NCBI GenBank assembly: GCA_964456405.1
Contig: CAYVZB010000001.1
Coordinates: 24,601-88,600, forward strand
DNA from: an uncultured Candidatus Saccharibacteria bacterium
Lineage (GTDB): Bacteria > Patescibacteriota > Minisyncoccia > Phycocordibacterales > DATGWK01
Direction of reading: 5' to 3'
DNA length: 64,000 bases
The notes below the pieces were generated by a model. That model was not told where the DNA came from. It worked only from the letters and a program-made list of their open reading frames with translations, and made no database searches. The position numbers were made by a program, and so were the translations under genes. Shown piece by piece: positions 39,174 to 49,086 of this stretch (positions are counted from its first letter, which is position 1; every line of letters begins with the position of its first letter).

Positions 39174-40283
39174 CTATTTGTTCAATTCAGCTTGAATGAA
39201 GCGTGAAATCATTTCCCCACGCTTTTCCCATGTATACGCATTCACATCCATCCGCGCATGAGATGCTAAATCCTGAGCCTTGTTTTTATTGGCAAATATT
39301 TTTTCAATTCCCTGGACTAATGAATCAGGATTTTCTGGTTCAACTAAAACCGCATTTGAATCGTTAAGAATTTCACAAAGAGATGGCAACCTTGAGGCAA
39401 CAATGGGAACACCCGACGCCATATACTCAAATAATTTCATCGGAGACTGAGAATACTCCCCCCTAGGATGTGGCAATAGAAGCACGTCTGCCGCTTGCAA
39501 CAATGTCGGAATTTCTTTTTGATCTCTTTTACCTAAAAGTTTTATGTTTTCAGGTAAATCAACGTTTTTAAATTCTGGAGCAATAATTCCAGCAAGTAAA
39601 AAATCAACATCTGATAACCTAGTTGCTGCATTTACAACGTAAGGTATACCCTTGAGATTACTTACCGTACCAGAATACACCGCTATTCTTTTTTCTTGCG
39701 GAAATCCGAGTAGATTTCGAGCCTTCTCTCTACCCAAAGAGTTATTAAAACTTTCTAAAGAAACCGCATCATGCGAAACAAGCATTCTTTTTTCATACTG
39801 TACGTAATACGATTTTAAATACTCACTTATCACAACAATACCGGTAACCAACCTACTAAGGATTCTATCTCGAATCTTTTCGCCTGACGTCATTGGTTTA
39901 CGGTGCGATTCGTATATAACCGGCACTTGAAGCAAAAACGCAACAAACACAAGTGGCAAGAAAAGATTTGCCCGCACGTAGATAAAATCCGCCTTTCCTT
40001 TTATCCTTTTTGAAATCAAAAACCATATGGCAGGAATATTGCACAGGATGAATGCAGCGGCACCTGGTTTTTTAATACCAAAGTTATTAAGAAAAACGAT
40101 TGGCGGCATTATCCTCACATTTGAATTTTGCTGTACTGTCTCAAGTCTGATTTCCCCAGCATATCGTGGCAATACAAGCTCTACCCGCATGTTTTTTTGC
40201 ATATTCGCTACTGTATTCAAAATCTGACTCATGTGAGCCCGAGTGTTCCTGACATCTGTATTGTGAAAATAAAAACCCTTCAT
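39174..40283 (-). CDS. glycosyltransferase family 4 (GT-B)
   Basis: 369 aa. The C-terminal block EYSQSPMKLFEYMASGVPIVASR is the GT4 E-x7-E region. Confidence 0.8.
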   Translation of the reverse strand: MKGFYFHNTDVRNTRAHMSQILNTVANMQKNMRVELVLPRYAGEIRLETVQQNSNVRIMPPIVFLNNFGIKKPGAAAFILCNIPAIWFLISKRIKGKADFIYVRANLFLPLVFVAFLLQVPVIYESHRKPMTSGEKIRDRILSRLVTGIVVISEYLKSYYVQYEKRMLVSHDAVSLESFNNSLGREKARNLLGFPQEKRIAVYSGTVSNLKGIPYVVNAATRLSDVDFLLAGIIAPEFKNVDLPENIKLLGKRDQKEIPTLLQAADVLLLPHPRGEYSQSPMKLFEYMASGVPIVASRLPSLCEILNDSNAVLVEPENPDSLVQGIEKIFANKNKAQDLASHARMDVNAYTWEKRGEMISRFIQAELNK

Positions 40284-40293
40284 GTTTTAAATT

Positions 40294-41175
40294 TTATAGC
40301 GCCTCAAAATCTGAAATAATTTTTTTTGCTGTTAGATTTCCGATTCCCCTAGGCTTTCTTTTTAGATACTCAACTGCGTGATACAGAAAACAAAGCCCGT
40401 GAATCTCCTCGTCACTTAATACAACACTGATTGCGGTAAAATAATCTTTTAGACATTTTTTACATTGAGCAAGAATTTCCCCCTTTCTATAGAATCGTTT
40501 ACAAAAACCGAAAAGATCAAAGCCCGGCACATCAGTAACGCCAACAAAGTCATAATCAACAACACACAGCCCCCTGGAAGACCCAAGTAAATTATCAAAT
40601 GTCATATCTCCGTGTTGAATAATTTTTGGTAATTTTATACTGAGATTTAAACCATCAATGTAGGCGAATAAATCTGTCTCATCGGCTGATTCCAAACCCA
40701 GCTCGGCAATTAATCCCTTAACATCAGAAACAACATCACGCGCTTCTGGATCCTTTTTAGCGAGGTATGCGTGTAATGCTACATGTTGTTGCAAGACCTT
40801 TTTAAAATTTTCTTCATTGGAAACCATTTTGGTACCAATACAGGCAGTTTCAATACTAAATACAAATTCGCCATCATCATGGAGATACAGGGGTGTGACA
40901 AACATATCAGCAAACTGACTATCCTCTACAAGATTGTGAAGTGTCTTTAAATTATTAAAATTTTTAACAATAATTTCCCGCGCACCGTAACTTCTAACCG
41001 TTTTCACACACAGAAAGGGCTTGTCTTCACCTTTTTTAAAAACAAGAAAAATAACCTTATCATTAAGTGTTTTTCCTGACGTTGGTGTGCACAGCCTGAG
41101 AAAGACCAATTTAGACCCTTCGGGTAGTAAATGTCCAAGTTTATCTGTAATAACTTTTTCTACAAAAGCAATCAT
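40294..41175 (-). CDS. phosphotransferase (APH / choline-kinase fold) family protein
   Basis: 293 aa. Brenner motif IIQHGDMTFDNLL and VVDYDFVG (the D-x-D/E of the kinase fold). Confidence 0.6.
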   Translation of the reverse strand: MIAFVEKVITDKLGHLLPEGSKLVFLRLCTPTSGKTLNDKVIFLVFKKGEDKPFLCVKTVRSYGAREIIVKNFNNLKTLHNLVEDSQFADMFVTPLYLHDDGEFVFSIETACIGTKMVSNEENFKKVLQQHVALHAYLAKKDPEARDVVSDVKGLIAELGLESADETDLFAYIDGLNLSIKLPKIIQHGDMTFDNLLGSSRGLCVVDYDFVGVTDVPGFDLFGFCKRFYRKGEILAQCKKCLKDYFTAISVVLSDEEIHGLCFLYHAVEYLKRKPRGIGNLTAKKIISDFEAL

Positions 41176-41198
41176 CTGTTTATGTTTGCAAGCATGAA

Positions 41199-41774
41199 TT
41201 ACTTTTTCGGTTCTTCATCGAGCATTGCGACACAGGTTAGGTTCGGGTTCTGAAGACGAAGGAGTGTGGGAATGTATTTGAGAAAGATATTGTGACTTGC
41301 TGCAGTATATAGGTTATAAAATCTACAAAGAAAACCGATTCTGTTCAGACTATATTCAAGGCTCTCCTTATCCCACAAAAAGTAATGCTTACCGTGTTCT
41401 GGCATATAAACCCTCGCTTCATTATTAAATCCAAATCTATTTGGAACGACAATAAGCACCCTACCGAACGGATTTAAAATTTTCTTGATTTCGAGCATAA
41501 GGCCAAGAGGATTTTTCATATGCTCAAACACCTGATTCATAATAACGAGATCAAAACCATCCTGGATATTGAGATTTTCTAAATCGTGCTGAACAAACTC
41601 GACCTTGCTGTGTAACTTTTCTGGTTTGTGGAAATAATCAACGGCAACAACCTTTTTTAAATGTGGAATAGACTCAGCAATTGCATTTATTAATTCACCG
41701 TTACCACAACCCAACTCCAAAACAGCAGTCTTATTCTTAATATTTCCTTTAACGATATTTAGCAGGTTATCCAT
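41199..41774 (-). CDS. class I SAM-dependent methyltransferase
   Basis: 191 aa. VLELGCGNGELI motif I. Confidence 0.75.
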   Translation of the reverse strand: MDNLLNIVKGNIKNKTAVLELGCGNGELINAIAESIPHLKKVVAVDYFHKPEKLHSKVEFVQHDLENLNIQDGFDLVIMNQVFEHMKNPLGLMLEIKKILNPFGRVLIVVPNRFGFNNEARVYMPEHGKHYFLWDKESLEYSLNRIGFLCRFYNLYTAASHNIFLKYIPTLLRLQNPNLTCVAMLDEEPKK

Positions 41775-42720
41775 TGTTTTGTACGACTATACCATAGCTA
41801 AAAAAAACATAACGATAGAGTCGTAAAGTGAAGGGCCACCGCGCAAGAAATTGGGCTAACTTTCTTTTTAAACCAACTGCGGGCATAAGTGAACGAACCG
41901 TATAGCCTAAAACATTCAGATCATCATAAGGAATCATTATTCGCGGATTATTGTAGCCAGGATATGGCAAATAAAATGTTGAATTTGTTAAGCCTGCTTC
42001 GTGAAGCAATTTTTCATACCCACGTTTTGTGTAGGTATATGTGTCGTATTTTCTTCCCTTTCGAATTTTCGTATACGCATTAGCGATAAAACGTGGCATA
42101 TAGCTTGTGAACCGCATACCACTATGGTCAATACCTCGCAAATACGAAGCAGCGAAACGATTTTCAATTCCGATATATAAATATCCACCCTCCTTAAGAA
42201 GTTTTTTACAAAGTCTTAAGCTTTCAAGCTGAGCTTCACGGGGGTTGTCGAAACGGTCAGTTGCACCAATCCATTCCAAAAGTCCGTTCATTACAATTAC
42301 ATCAAAACTCCCTTCTGGAAAATGCGCATCGAACAAATCACCAACACACACTTCAATATTGTTAATTCCCTCTTTCTCTGCTCGGAGTTTTAGAAATTTT
42401 GCCCGCAAAAATGACTGGTCGAGCGCTACAACCTTTCCAACCACTCGCGACAATGGAATACTAATTCGTCCCATACCCGCCCCCGCATCAAGCACCGTAA
42501 AATCCTTAGTCATTGGGATCACAAATCGCCAATCCGCCCTATTTTCTTCAAATGTAACGTCAAATTTATTTTGATACTCAGACTTAAAAAATTCCCAACC
42601 CTTTTGTTCTAAAGCATTGAGTGCTTTTTCTAAATCTCCCTTAGGTGATTTCCCCCAGTAACGATCCTCAGAAAAAAAGGGAATACCCTCTACTATTTTA
42701 ATATAGGCACCGGCTTTCAT
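41767..42720 (-). CDS. class I SAM-dependent methyltransferase (start at the internal ATG at 42720 avoids a 64 nt overlap; the track start is 42819)
   Basis: VLDAGAGMGRISIPL motif I in the C-terminal half. Confidence 0.65.
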   Translation of the reverse strand: MKAGAYIKIVEGIPFFSEDRYWGKSPKGDLEKALNALEQKGWEFFKSEYQNKFDVTFEENRADWRFVIPMTKDFTVLDAGAGMGRISIPLSRVVGKVVALDQSFLRAKFLKLRAEKEGINNIEVCVGDLFDAHFPEGSFDVIVMNGLLEWIGATDRFDNPREAQLESLRLCKKLLKEGGYLYIGIENRFAASYLRGIDHSGMRFTSYMPRFIANAYTKIRKGRKYDTYTYTKRGYEKLLHEAGLTNSTFYLPYPGYNNPRIMIPYDDLNVLGYTVRSLMPAVGLKRKLAQFLARWPFTLRLYRYVFFSYGIVVQNNG

Positions 42721-42755
42721 TATTGTTGAGATAATTGGTTTAGTGATAGATCTTA

Positions 42756-44312
42756 TTACCTTTGCTTCTCCAAAACGACAATAATTGTTTTGAGCAAAAT
42801 TCCATAATGTATCCCACAAAAAGCAAGGATTTTCTTAATTACTCGTCTGTATCCCCTACTACCTTGGGCATTATACACAATTCGCAATCCCGCCTTTTTC
42901 GCCCATTTTTTAAGTTTAAAATAACTAATAAAATGTAAATTCCAGTCTTCAAGAGGACTTGACCTAAAGAGCTTTAAGAAAAATTGAGCGAGTGGGCGCG
43001 GCATCCAACTGATACCCCACAACCCCGTATGACTTTCTTTCGGCGCATATCGGTTCGGGAAAGAAAGATAGAACTTTCCACCAGGCACCAAGGTGCGAGC
43101 AATCTCTGTAATTACTTCTTGAGGATATGACATATGCTCGAGCACACTGGTTGAATATGCATAGTCAAACGTATTATCTGCAAAAGGAAAGGTCTTACCA
43201 TCATAAATTCTTAGCACGACCGTTTTATTTTCTGTCTTGAAACGGTCTTCTGCCATAGAAAGAAGCGCGGCTTCTGTTTCAAGTCCAAAAGGCTTCGCAC
43301 CAGCACGGGCGAATTCTAAAAGCATAATCCCATTGCCGAAACCTACATCAAGAATATTCTTGTCTCTTGGATCTCCAACATCTTTGATAAATTCACTCAA
43401 AAAAGCCTTGGCATTTTTTTCTTTTTTTAACCAATCACCGATAAATTTCTGTTTTTCATAAAAACTACCGCGCGGAAGAAATGTATTTGTATACTCACGA
43501 GCAATTGATTCAAATGGAGAAGTTCTTTTAAGAATAAAAATGTGTTCAGATGTTGCACCGCATGATTCCAAAATCGAACGAATGAGATCAAAACCAAAAC
43601 CATAACCAGAAAAAGCGGGTCCAGAAGTGACAGAAACAATTGAATACCCAGCCTCAATAAACATTTGGGCCCATTGCTTTTTACCATAAGCAATAAATTC
43701 ACTCACATGCCCTGGAAAGTTTCCGTGCGGAGTTGGTATAAAAATTTTTTTAAGTCGAGAAGTCGTAGCAGATTTTTTTTTCGCATTGATGTTATTTTCA
43801 AGATCTATTTTTGCACCTCGAAAAATTGGTTTGCCCTTTAGTCTTCCAATCGCTCGGTCAAGAATCAGTAATGCAAGTTTGGGATAAAAAAGAATCAGAT
43901 ACGAAATTTTAATATGTCTACTTGGAATAATATGAACCGCATAACCGTCATCGGTAAGCATAGACTGAGTTACTGTAAGAAATTTTCTTGGATCACGAAT
44001 ATGTTCAAGAACATTTGAAGAAAAAATGAAATCAAATTTTTTCGTGGCAAATTTTCCCTCGATCGCATCAGCATCAATGACTTCATATGTGACCCCGGGA
44101 AGTTTAAGTGAGTCACTAATTCTCTTAAAATTGAGATCTGAAGATATAAGTCTCTCAATGTGCGGGGCTATGAGTGTTGTCTGAAAACCATCTCCGGCCC
44201 CAATTTCAAGTCCGGATTTAAAATTAGTTTTTGGTAGACGTGAAAAAACAATATCAATCTCTCTTTTCCGTATCGTATGTAGATACTCTTTCCAATCCGT
44301 AGAAACTATCAT
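42756..44312 (-). CDS. tandem double methyltransferase-domain protein
   Basis: 518 aa with two separate motif-I blocks (GLEIGAGDGFQT near the N-terminus, ILDVGFGNGIMLLEF in the C-terminal half). Confidence 0.7.
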   Translation of the reverse strand: MIVSTDWKEYLHTIRKREIDIVFSRLPKTNFKSGLEIGAGDGFQTTLIAPHIERLISSDLNFKRISDSLKLPGVTYEVIDADAIEGKFATKKFDFIFSSNVLEHIRDPRKFLTVTQSMLTDDGYAVHIIPSRHIKISYLILFYPKLALLILDRAIGRLKGKPIFRGAKIDLENNINAKKKSATTSRLKKIFIPTPHGNFPGHVSEFIAYGKKQWAQMFIEAGYSIVSVTSGPAFSGYGFGFDLIRSILESCGATSEHIFILKRTSPFESIAREYTNTFLPRGSFYEKQKFIGDWLKKEKNAKAFLSEFIKDVGDPRDKNILDVGFGNGIMLLEFARAGAKPFGLETEAALLSMAEDRFKTENKTVVLRIYDGKTFPFADNTFDYAYSTSVLEHMSYPQEVITEIARTLVPGGKFYLSFPNRYAPKESHTGLWGISWMPRPLAQFFLKLFRSSPLEDWNLHFISYFKLKKWAKKAGLRIVYNAQGSRGYRRVIKKILAFCGIHYGILLKTIIVVLEKQR

Positions 44313-44313
44313 C

Positions 44314-45411
44314 TTAGGTCAATTCGTTAGTGTATCGCAGTATAGCACGCACGTGATGAGAAATTGAGAATTGGTCGGAGGTTTTTTTTGCTCCGGCAGC
44401 AAGTTTAACTCTGAGTGATTCATCTTTAACAATCCGATTCATTGCCGTGGCAAGTTTTTCACTATCTTCACGTGGCACAATAAGTCCGTTTACCTCGTTA
44501 ATGATTACCTCTTGTGCCGCTTCAAAGTCGCTAACAATAATTGGTACTCCCGCGGCACAAGCCTCAGCCAAGACAAGTGGCAATCCTTCGTAGCGCGATG
44601 GCAACACAAAACAACCCGATGCGAGTAACAACTGAGGTATGTCGTTTCTTATTCCCACAAATGTAACTCTTGATGTGATGTCAGTTTTGCTTACCAAGTT
44701 CTCTAATTTTTCACGTTCCCTTCCCTGTCCCACAATTATTAAATGCGAATCTTCAGAAACCGTTTTAAACGCCCGAATAAGCACATCAACTGCTTTTTGG
44801 TGAATCAGTCTGCCAATAAAAACAAACACAAACGCTGAGTCTGAAATATGGAATTCCTTTTTTATATTGAATATATTATTCAGTACTTCAAATTTTGAAA
44901 CATCAACGCTATTGTACAAAACATCAATTTTGGATTTTTTGATGGAATGGGCAACAAGGGATTTTTTAACCGTCTGCGACACAGCAATAATTTTTGTTGA
45001 AAGGTTTTGAAGCAACCAATCCACAAAAAACATTTTTTTTGTTTTAACAGTGTCATACACGTTTTGCTCAAACGTAAGCACAATCGGTACCCCAACACAT
45101 CGCGCTGCGATCCTCCCGATAGTGTTCGCATACCAGAGTTGAGTAATTACCATGGCGGGCTTAAGCCGACGGATAGCATGAAGAAGTTTTATCCAAGAAA
45201 AAATATTGAAAAAACTACCAAAAGGAACGCAGACTCGTTGTTCTGGTGGTAATTTTAATTCATTATAGAAACTCTTTTGTGGCTCAGGAGCAAGTGTAAT
45301 GAGCGAGACATCAACTCCAATTCGCAACATTTCATTAATATCATCAACCACAAGACGTTCTGCACCGCCAATTCCTAAATTGTTTATAATGATAAGAATT
45401 TTTTTATTCAT
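44314..45411 (-). CDS. glycosyltransferase family 4 (GT-B)
   Basis: 365 aa. The N-terminus ILIIINNLGIGGAERLV and C-terminal EGLPLVLAEACAAGVPII are GT4 signatures. Confidence 0.85.
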   Translation of the reverse strand: MNKKILIIINNLGIGGAERLVVDDINEMLRIGVDVSLITLAPEPQKSFYNELKLPPEQRVCVPFGSFFNIFSWIKLLHAIRRLKPAMVITQLWYANTIGRIAARCVGVPIVLTFEQNVYDTVKTKKMFFVDWLLQNLSTKIIAVSQTVKKSLVAHSIKKSKIDVLYNSVDVSKFEVLNNIFNIKKEFHISDSAFVFVFIGRLIHQKAVDVLIRAFKTVSEDSHLIIVGQGREREKLENLVSKTDITSRVTFVGIRNDIPQLLLASGCFVLPSRYEGLPLVLAEACAAGVPIIVSDFEAAQEVIINEVNGLIVPREDSEKLATAMNRIVKDESLRVKLAAGAKKTSDQFSISHHVRAILRYTNELT

Positions 45412-45413
45412 AT

Positions 45414-46472
45414 CTAATGCGCCATAACTTCTTTAAAAATGTGCGCTAATTTTTTAGAAAAAATTTCAATTGTTAACTCATTCTTAATTTTTTCCTGAGC
45501 TGCCCTACCCATCACATTGGTTTTTGTCGGGTCATTCCACAGTTGCATAATCGCTTTTTTGAGCTCATCAACATCTTGAGGCTTAACCGTCAGACCATGT
45601 TTGCCCGATGTGAAATATTCTTTGAGAGTACTTCGTTCAGACGTAATAACGGCCTTACCACATGCCATAGAACGCAATAAAGCATACTGACCGGAACAAT
45701 CAGAACCCACAAGGTGTTCTTCTCCAATCGTTGGTATAACCACAAAAGACGCACCCTTAATTAATCCCGTCATCTTTTCCTGATTAAAATGAGCAACCTC
45801 AACATTGGCAGGCAAATCGGCGATATCGCTTAAATTTCTTGGCAATGTTGCAATAAGGAGCCTAACGGGTAACCCGTCAACCGCCTTAATAAGTGTTTGA
45901 TAGTCTCGGCCAATATCTCGACCCGAACTCAGAATGTACCGGCGATCTGATTTTGCTGGCTCTGTTTCGGCCTTATTAAAAAAATCATAGTTAATTCCGT
46001 ATGGATCATGGAAGTTCTTTTCATCCGGCAAACCCTGAGACTTCAAAAATTCCTGCTGAGACAATGATGGTGAAACAATCGCATCAGCAGAAAAAACCGC
46101 TTTTCTAATTATCCATGCCTTTAAACCCATCTTATTTCTCTTCAAAAGATTTGTAAGGTATGTATTGTAAATAACCCATTTCGGTCGCGTAAATCGGAGA
46201 ACATATTTCATCAAAAACAACGTAAAGATTCCGGAACCCGAAAAAATTACATCATATTTATGAAGATGCAAAAAAACTGGCAGTTGAGTTAGATTGAAAG
46301 AAATTTTTCTAAAAAACTCAGTCAGACGGTTTTCAAGAAAATCTGCAGTAACTCCATTTTCTGCCATGTGATTAAACCCGACGAGATCAATGCCTGGGGT
46401 TTTGCCACTTTTGTATTCCTCGTAAATTTTTCGTCTCGCTCCAGCAAACAAATACAGTACTCGGAGATTCAT
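45414..46472 (-). CDS. GT-B fold glycosyltransferase (GT4-like, divergent)
   Basis: 352 aa. C-terminal EEHLVGSDCSGQYALLRSMACGKAVI resembles the GT-B donor-binding region. Confidence 0.55.
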   Translation of the reverse strand: MNLRVLYLFAGARRKIYEEYKSGKTPGIDLVGFNHMAENGVTADFLENRLTEFFRKISFNLTQLPVFLHLHKYDVIFSGSGIFTLFLMKYVLRFTRPKWVIYNTYLTNLLKRNKMGLKAWIIRKAVFSADAIVSPSLSQQEFLKSQGLPDEKNFHDPYGINYDFFNKAETEPAKSDRRYILSSGRDIGRDYQTLIKAVDGLPVRLLIATLPRNLSDIADLPANVEVAHFNQEKMTGLIKGASFVVIPTIGEEHLVGSDCSGQYALLRSMACGKAVITSERSTLKEYFTSGKHGLTVKPQDVDELKKAIMQLWNDPTKTNVMGRAAQEKIKNELTIEIFSKKLAHIFKEVMAH

Positions 46473-47035
46473 TGTGTAGCAGTTAATTGTTCAAATAAGC
46501 TCGCAATTTCTTTCCATGAATATACCACATGAAAATGAGGATGCTCGAGATGATCATTTAGTTCATTCTTGAACACAACAATTTCTGTCTTTAAATTATC
46601 AAAGGTTTCTAAAATTTGTGGCTCATCCTCGATCACCAAAAGAATCTCACCCAGATGTTGTTGAATATATTTATTCTTTTCTTTTGTAAATAAAAGTAAA
46701 TCGAATTGAATACTATATTTTTCTAACCATTTTTCTGTAGTTTTTTTTATCTCCGGATTTTTAGCTGGATTCCGGGCCGACAAAAGAACAATATGGTATC
46801 CGGTTTTTTTAAAGTACGAAATGGTTTCACTAGCTCCGTCGCGTGGTAAGAGATAATTGAGAACAGTGCTGTGTCTATATGTTTCCTTTAAGTAATCAAA
46901 ATCATTCTGCTTTTTAATAGATTCTTTTGCAGATTTATTATCAAGGCCCGACACAACCTCTGCCCACAACTGAAGTGGTGCGGGGTACATATTTAGACAT
47001 CCATCAATGTCAATAAGAATTGTTTTCTTGTTCAT
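46469..47035 (-). CDS. HAD-superfamily hydrolase-like protein
   Basis: 188 aa. ILIDIDGCL is consistent with HAD motif I (DxDG). Confidence 0.4.
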   Translation of the reverse strand: MNKKTILIDIDGCLNMYPAPLQLWAEVVSGLDNKSAKESIKKQNDFDYLKETYRHSTVLNYLLPRDGASETISYFKKTGYHIVLLSARNPAKNPEIKKTTEKWLEKYSIQFDLLLFTKEKNKYIQQHLGEILLVIEDEPQILETFDNLKTEIVVFKNELNDHLEHPHFHVVYSWKEIASLFEQLTATQ

Positions 47036-47743
47036 TTAATGGTCTAGCAGTTCAGAATCAATTCCGGATTTTTTTAAATACTGTTTTAAAAGATATGCAT
47101 TGTACTGAGTCCACGAGCTAACGTCTGAAAAGTCTTTAATTTCCACGGCTTTTGTGTTTTCTGTAACATTTGAATCAGAGAGTTTTTTGAATGCATCCTT
47201 CACAAAACCGAATGAAACTGAAATTCCATTAAAGTCTTCTGGATTTTTAGGCTTATAACCAAATTTCACCGCTTTTTTGTCCCGGATTAACACTGAATCA
47301 TAATTTTTAATACGCACTACAGATTTCTCCATTTTATACACGCAAACAAATTCCTGACTGTTTAAGTTTTCTACCATCTCATTAATAAAGTCGCCTTGAA
47401 CAATCAGATTTGGAATGAGGACAAGATTTTTATCTTTAAATTTTGATTCAAGAGATGTTAGTGTACTAAAAATACTTGTAACTGGTGTATTTAAAGAAAT
47501 CACTTCAAGATCAAGCATTTCTGAATACTTTTTCTTAACAAATTCAACAACATCTTTTTTACCGGGTCCGGCAACAAGAATAACTTTGACCTGAAGTTTG
47601 CTTTTTAAAATATGTTGAAACGAAGAATCGATAACGTTCATATCATCAGAAATTTGCGCAAGTTCAGCTGAATACGACGCAAATTTAGCAATAGACTCAA
47701 GACAGGGTAAGACGATCAGGATTGATTCTTTATTGTTTTTCAT
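47036..47743 (-). CDS. hypothetical protein (weak resemblance to an NTP-transferase G-loop)
   Basis: 235 aa. VKVILVAGPGKK loosely resembles the LAGGxG nucleotidyltransferase loop. It is the last gene of the glycan cluster. Confidence 0.3.
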   Translation of the reverse strand: MKNNKESILIVLPCLESIAKFASYSAELAQISDDMNVIDSSFQHILKSKLQVKVILVAGPGKKDVVEFVKKKYSEMLDLEVISLNTPVTSIFSTLTSLESKFKDKNLVLIPNLIVQGDFINEMVENLNSQEFVCVYKMEKSVVRIKNYDSVLIRDKKAVKFGYKPKNPEDFNGISVSFGFVKDAFKKLSDSNVTENTKAVEIKDFSDVSSWTQYNAYLLKQYLKKSGIDSELLDH

Positions 47744-47770
47744 GTCTGAGAAATATAGCAGAAAACAAAT

Positions 47771-48355
47771 TTAGAGCGATATTGGGTAACTCTTAAATTC
47801 CTCAAGAAGATTTTTTCCATACAACAACCGCGACAGCGCCTCTGCCTCCCAAAGGGCGCCATTGAGAGCAATGTGAGGCTTGGGTTCGGCCGGTATGCCG
47901 ACATAGGCCATAATGCTGTCAGAATTTATATCACTTTTCTTGTTTTTAAATGGTGGCTCAATTCCCCTTTTCACCATATGCATAAATGCCAATGTATGAA
48001 CATCGATCGATCGATGAGCCAGCTTGTAGTCTTCACCGGCACGGTATGCTGCATTTTGCAAGAACCCCAGATCAAACATTGGATTTTGAGCTACGACCAG
48101 CTGATTATCCCGTTTTTCAAACCAAGCGAGAAAATGTTTGATCGTTTCACTTTCTGTTGGTTTTTTCGGATCACGAATTTGTTCTTCGGTAAAACCATTC
48201 ACAACGAGCGCGGCAGGTTCAATATGCGCACCATCCCAAATTTGGCACTCTTCGTAAAATCGTTCGTTTGGATTATCAAAATCAACGGCACCAATACTCA
48301 CTAAAGAATTTTTAGTTGGATTTGTTCCTGTTGTTTCTACGTCAATTATGATCAT
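47771..48355 (-). CDS. DEDDh 3'-5' exonuclease (DnaQ/RNase T/oligoribonuclease-like)
   Basis: Start at the ATG at 48355, which forms an ATGA overlap with the upstream gene. MIIIDVETTG (Exo I), a FD motif and a H-x4-D motif region are present. Confidence 0.8.
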   Translation of the reverse strand: MIIIDVETTGTNPTKNSLVSIGAVDFDNPNERFYEECQIWDGAHIEPAALVVNGFTEEQIRDPKKPTESETIKHFLAWFEKRDNQLVVAQNPMFDLGFLQNAAYRAGEDYKLAHRSIDVHTLAFMHMVKRGIEPPFKNKKSDINSDSIMAYVGIPAEPKPHIALNGALWEAEALSRLLYGKNLLEEFKSYPISL

Positions 48356-48705
48356 TGCGATTTTAGTCCGGGACAATTAGCAGCCGGAGAGTACCCCGCC
48401 CTCTCTGCATCGGCCGGAGAAGCAAAAACCACTTTGTTTTTTTCGGCTATGGTCTTGGCCCCCGGACAGTCTGGTAAATGGTATTTGGAGCCTGTTTTTG
48501 AGGCAATAACAAGCCCAATTTGGCTTGTTTTTGCCTTATTTTGAGCCGATAAATCAATAGTTGGGCCAAATATCCTAACCGGCTCTTTTGCCCTTGAAAT
48601 TGAGCCCAATTTAAGACCCCCAGTCGTAACCATTACCCCCAAAACCACGCAAACCGCTATCAAAACGACAATATTGATCTTTTTTAGAGGTTTAGGTATA
48701 CTCAT
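48352..48705 (-). CDS. membrane-anchored small protein with a C-terminal Cys motif (...YHLPDCPGAKTI...FASPADAERAGYSPAANCPG)
   Basis: 117 aa with an N-terminal TM helix. The C-terminal YHxPxC...F.S..eAe.AGY.P...C pattern looks like small metal-binding (Ada-like) domains. Confidence 0.45.
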   Translation of the reverse strand: MSIPKPLKKINIVVLIAVCVVLGVMVTTGGLKLGSISRAKEPVRIFGPTIDLSAQNKAKTSQIGLVIASKTGSKYHLPDCPGAKTIAEKNKVVFASPADAERAGYSPAANCPGLKSQ

Positions 48706-48732
48706 TGAGCTAAATTATAACAAGAAAGGACT

Positions 48733-49005
48733 ATGGCAACAAAAAAAGCCGGTGGCTCAACAAAAAACGGTAGAGATTCAAATCCAAAATATCTAGGCAT
48801 TAAGGTCAATGCCGGTGAACACGCACAAGCGGGTGCAATTTTGGTACGCCAACGAGGTACAGACATTCTTCCAGGCCGAAACATCGGTATGGGTACTGAC
48901 CACACTCTCTACGCCCTCAAAGCAGGAAAAATCACTATAACCTCAGGCCGACGAACACATTTTGACAATTCATCAAAAAGCAAGAAAATCATTCACGTCT
49001 CTTAA
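48733..49005 (+). CDS. rpmA: 50S ribosomal protein L27
   Basis: 90 aa. [24 protein letters not shown]...[14 protein letters not shown] is the L27 signature. Confidence 0.95.
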   Translation: MATKKAGGSTKNGRDSNPKYLGIKVNAGEHAQAGAILVRQRGTDILPGRNIGMGTDHTLYALKAGKITITSGRRTHFDNSSKSKKIIHVS

Positions 49006-49023
49006 GACTCAATTTGATATATC

Positions 49024-49060
49024 AAAATAAAAGCCACTCTATATGAGTGGTTTTTATTTT
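49024..49060. terminator. bidirectional rho-independent terminator between rpmA and rplI
   Basis: aaaataaaa-gccactc-tatat-gagtggc-tttttatttt. Confidence 0.6.
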
Positions 49061-49086
49061 ACTCAGAACAAAAATCTAAGAGGATA

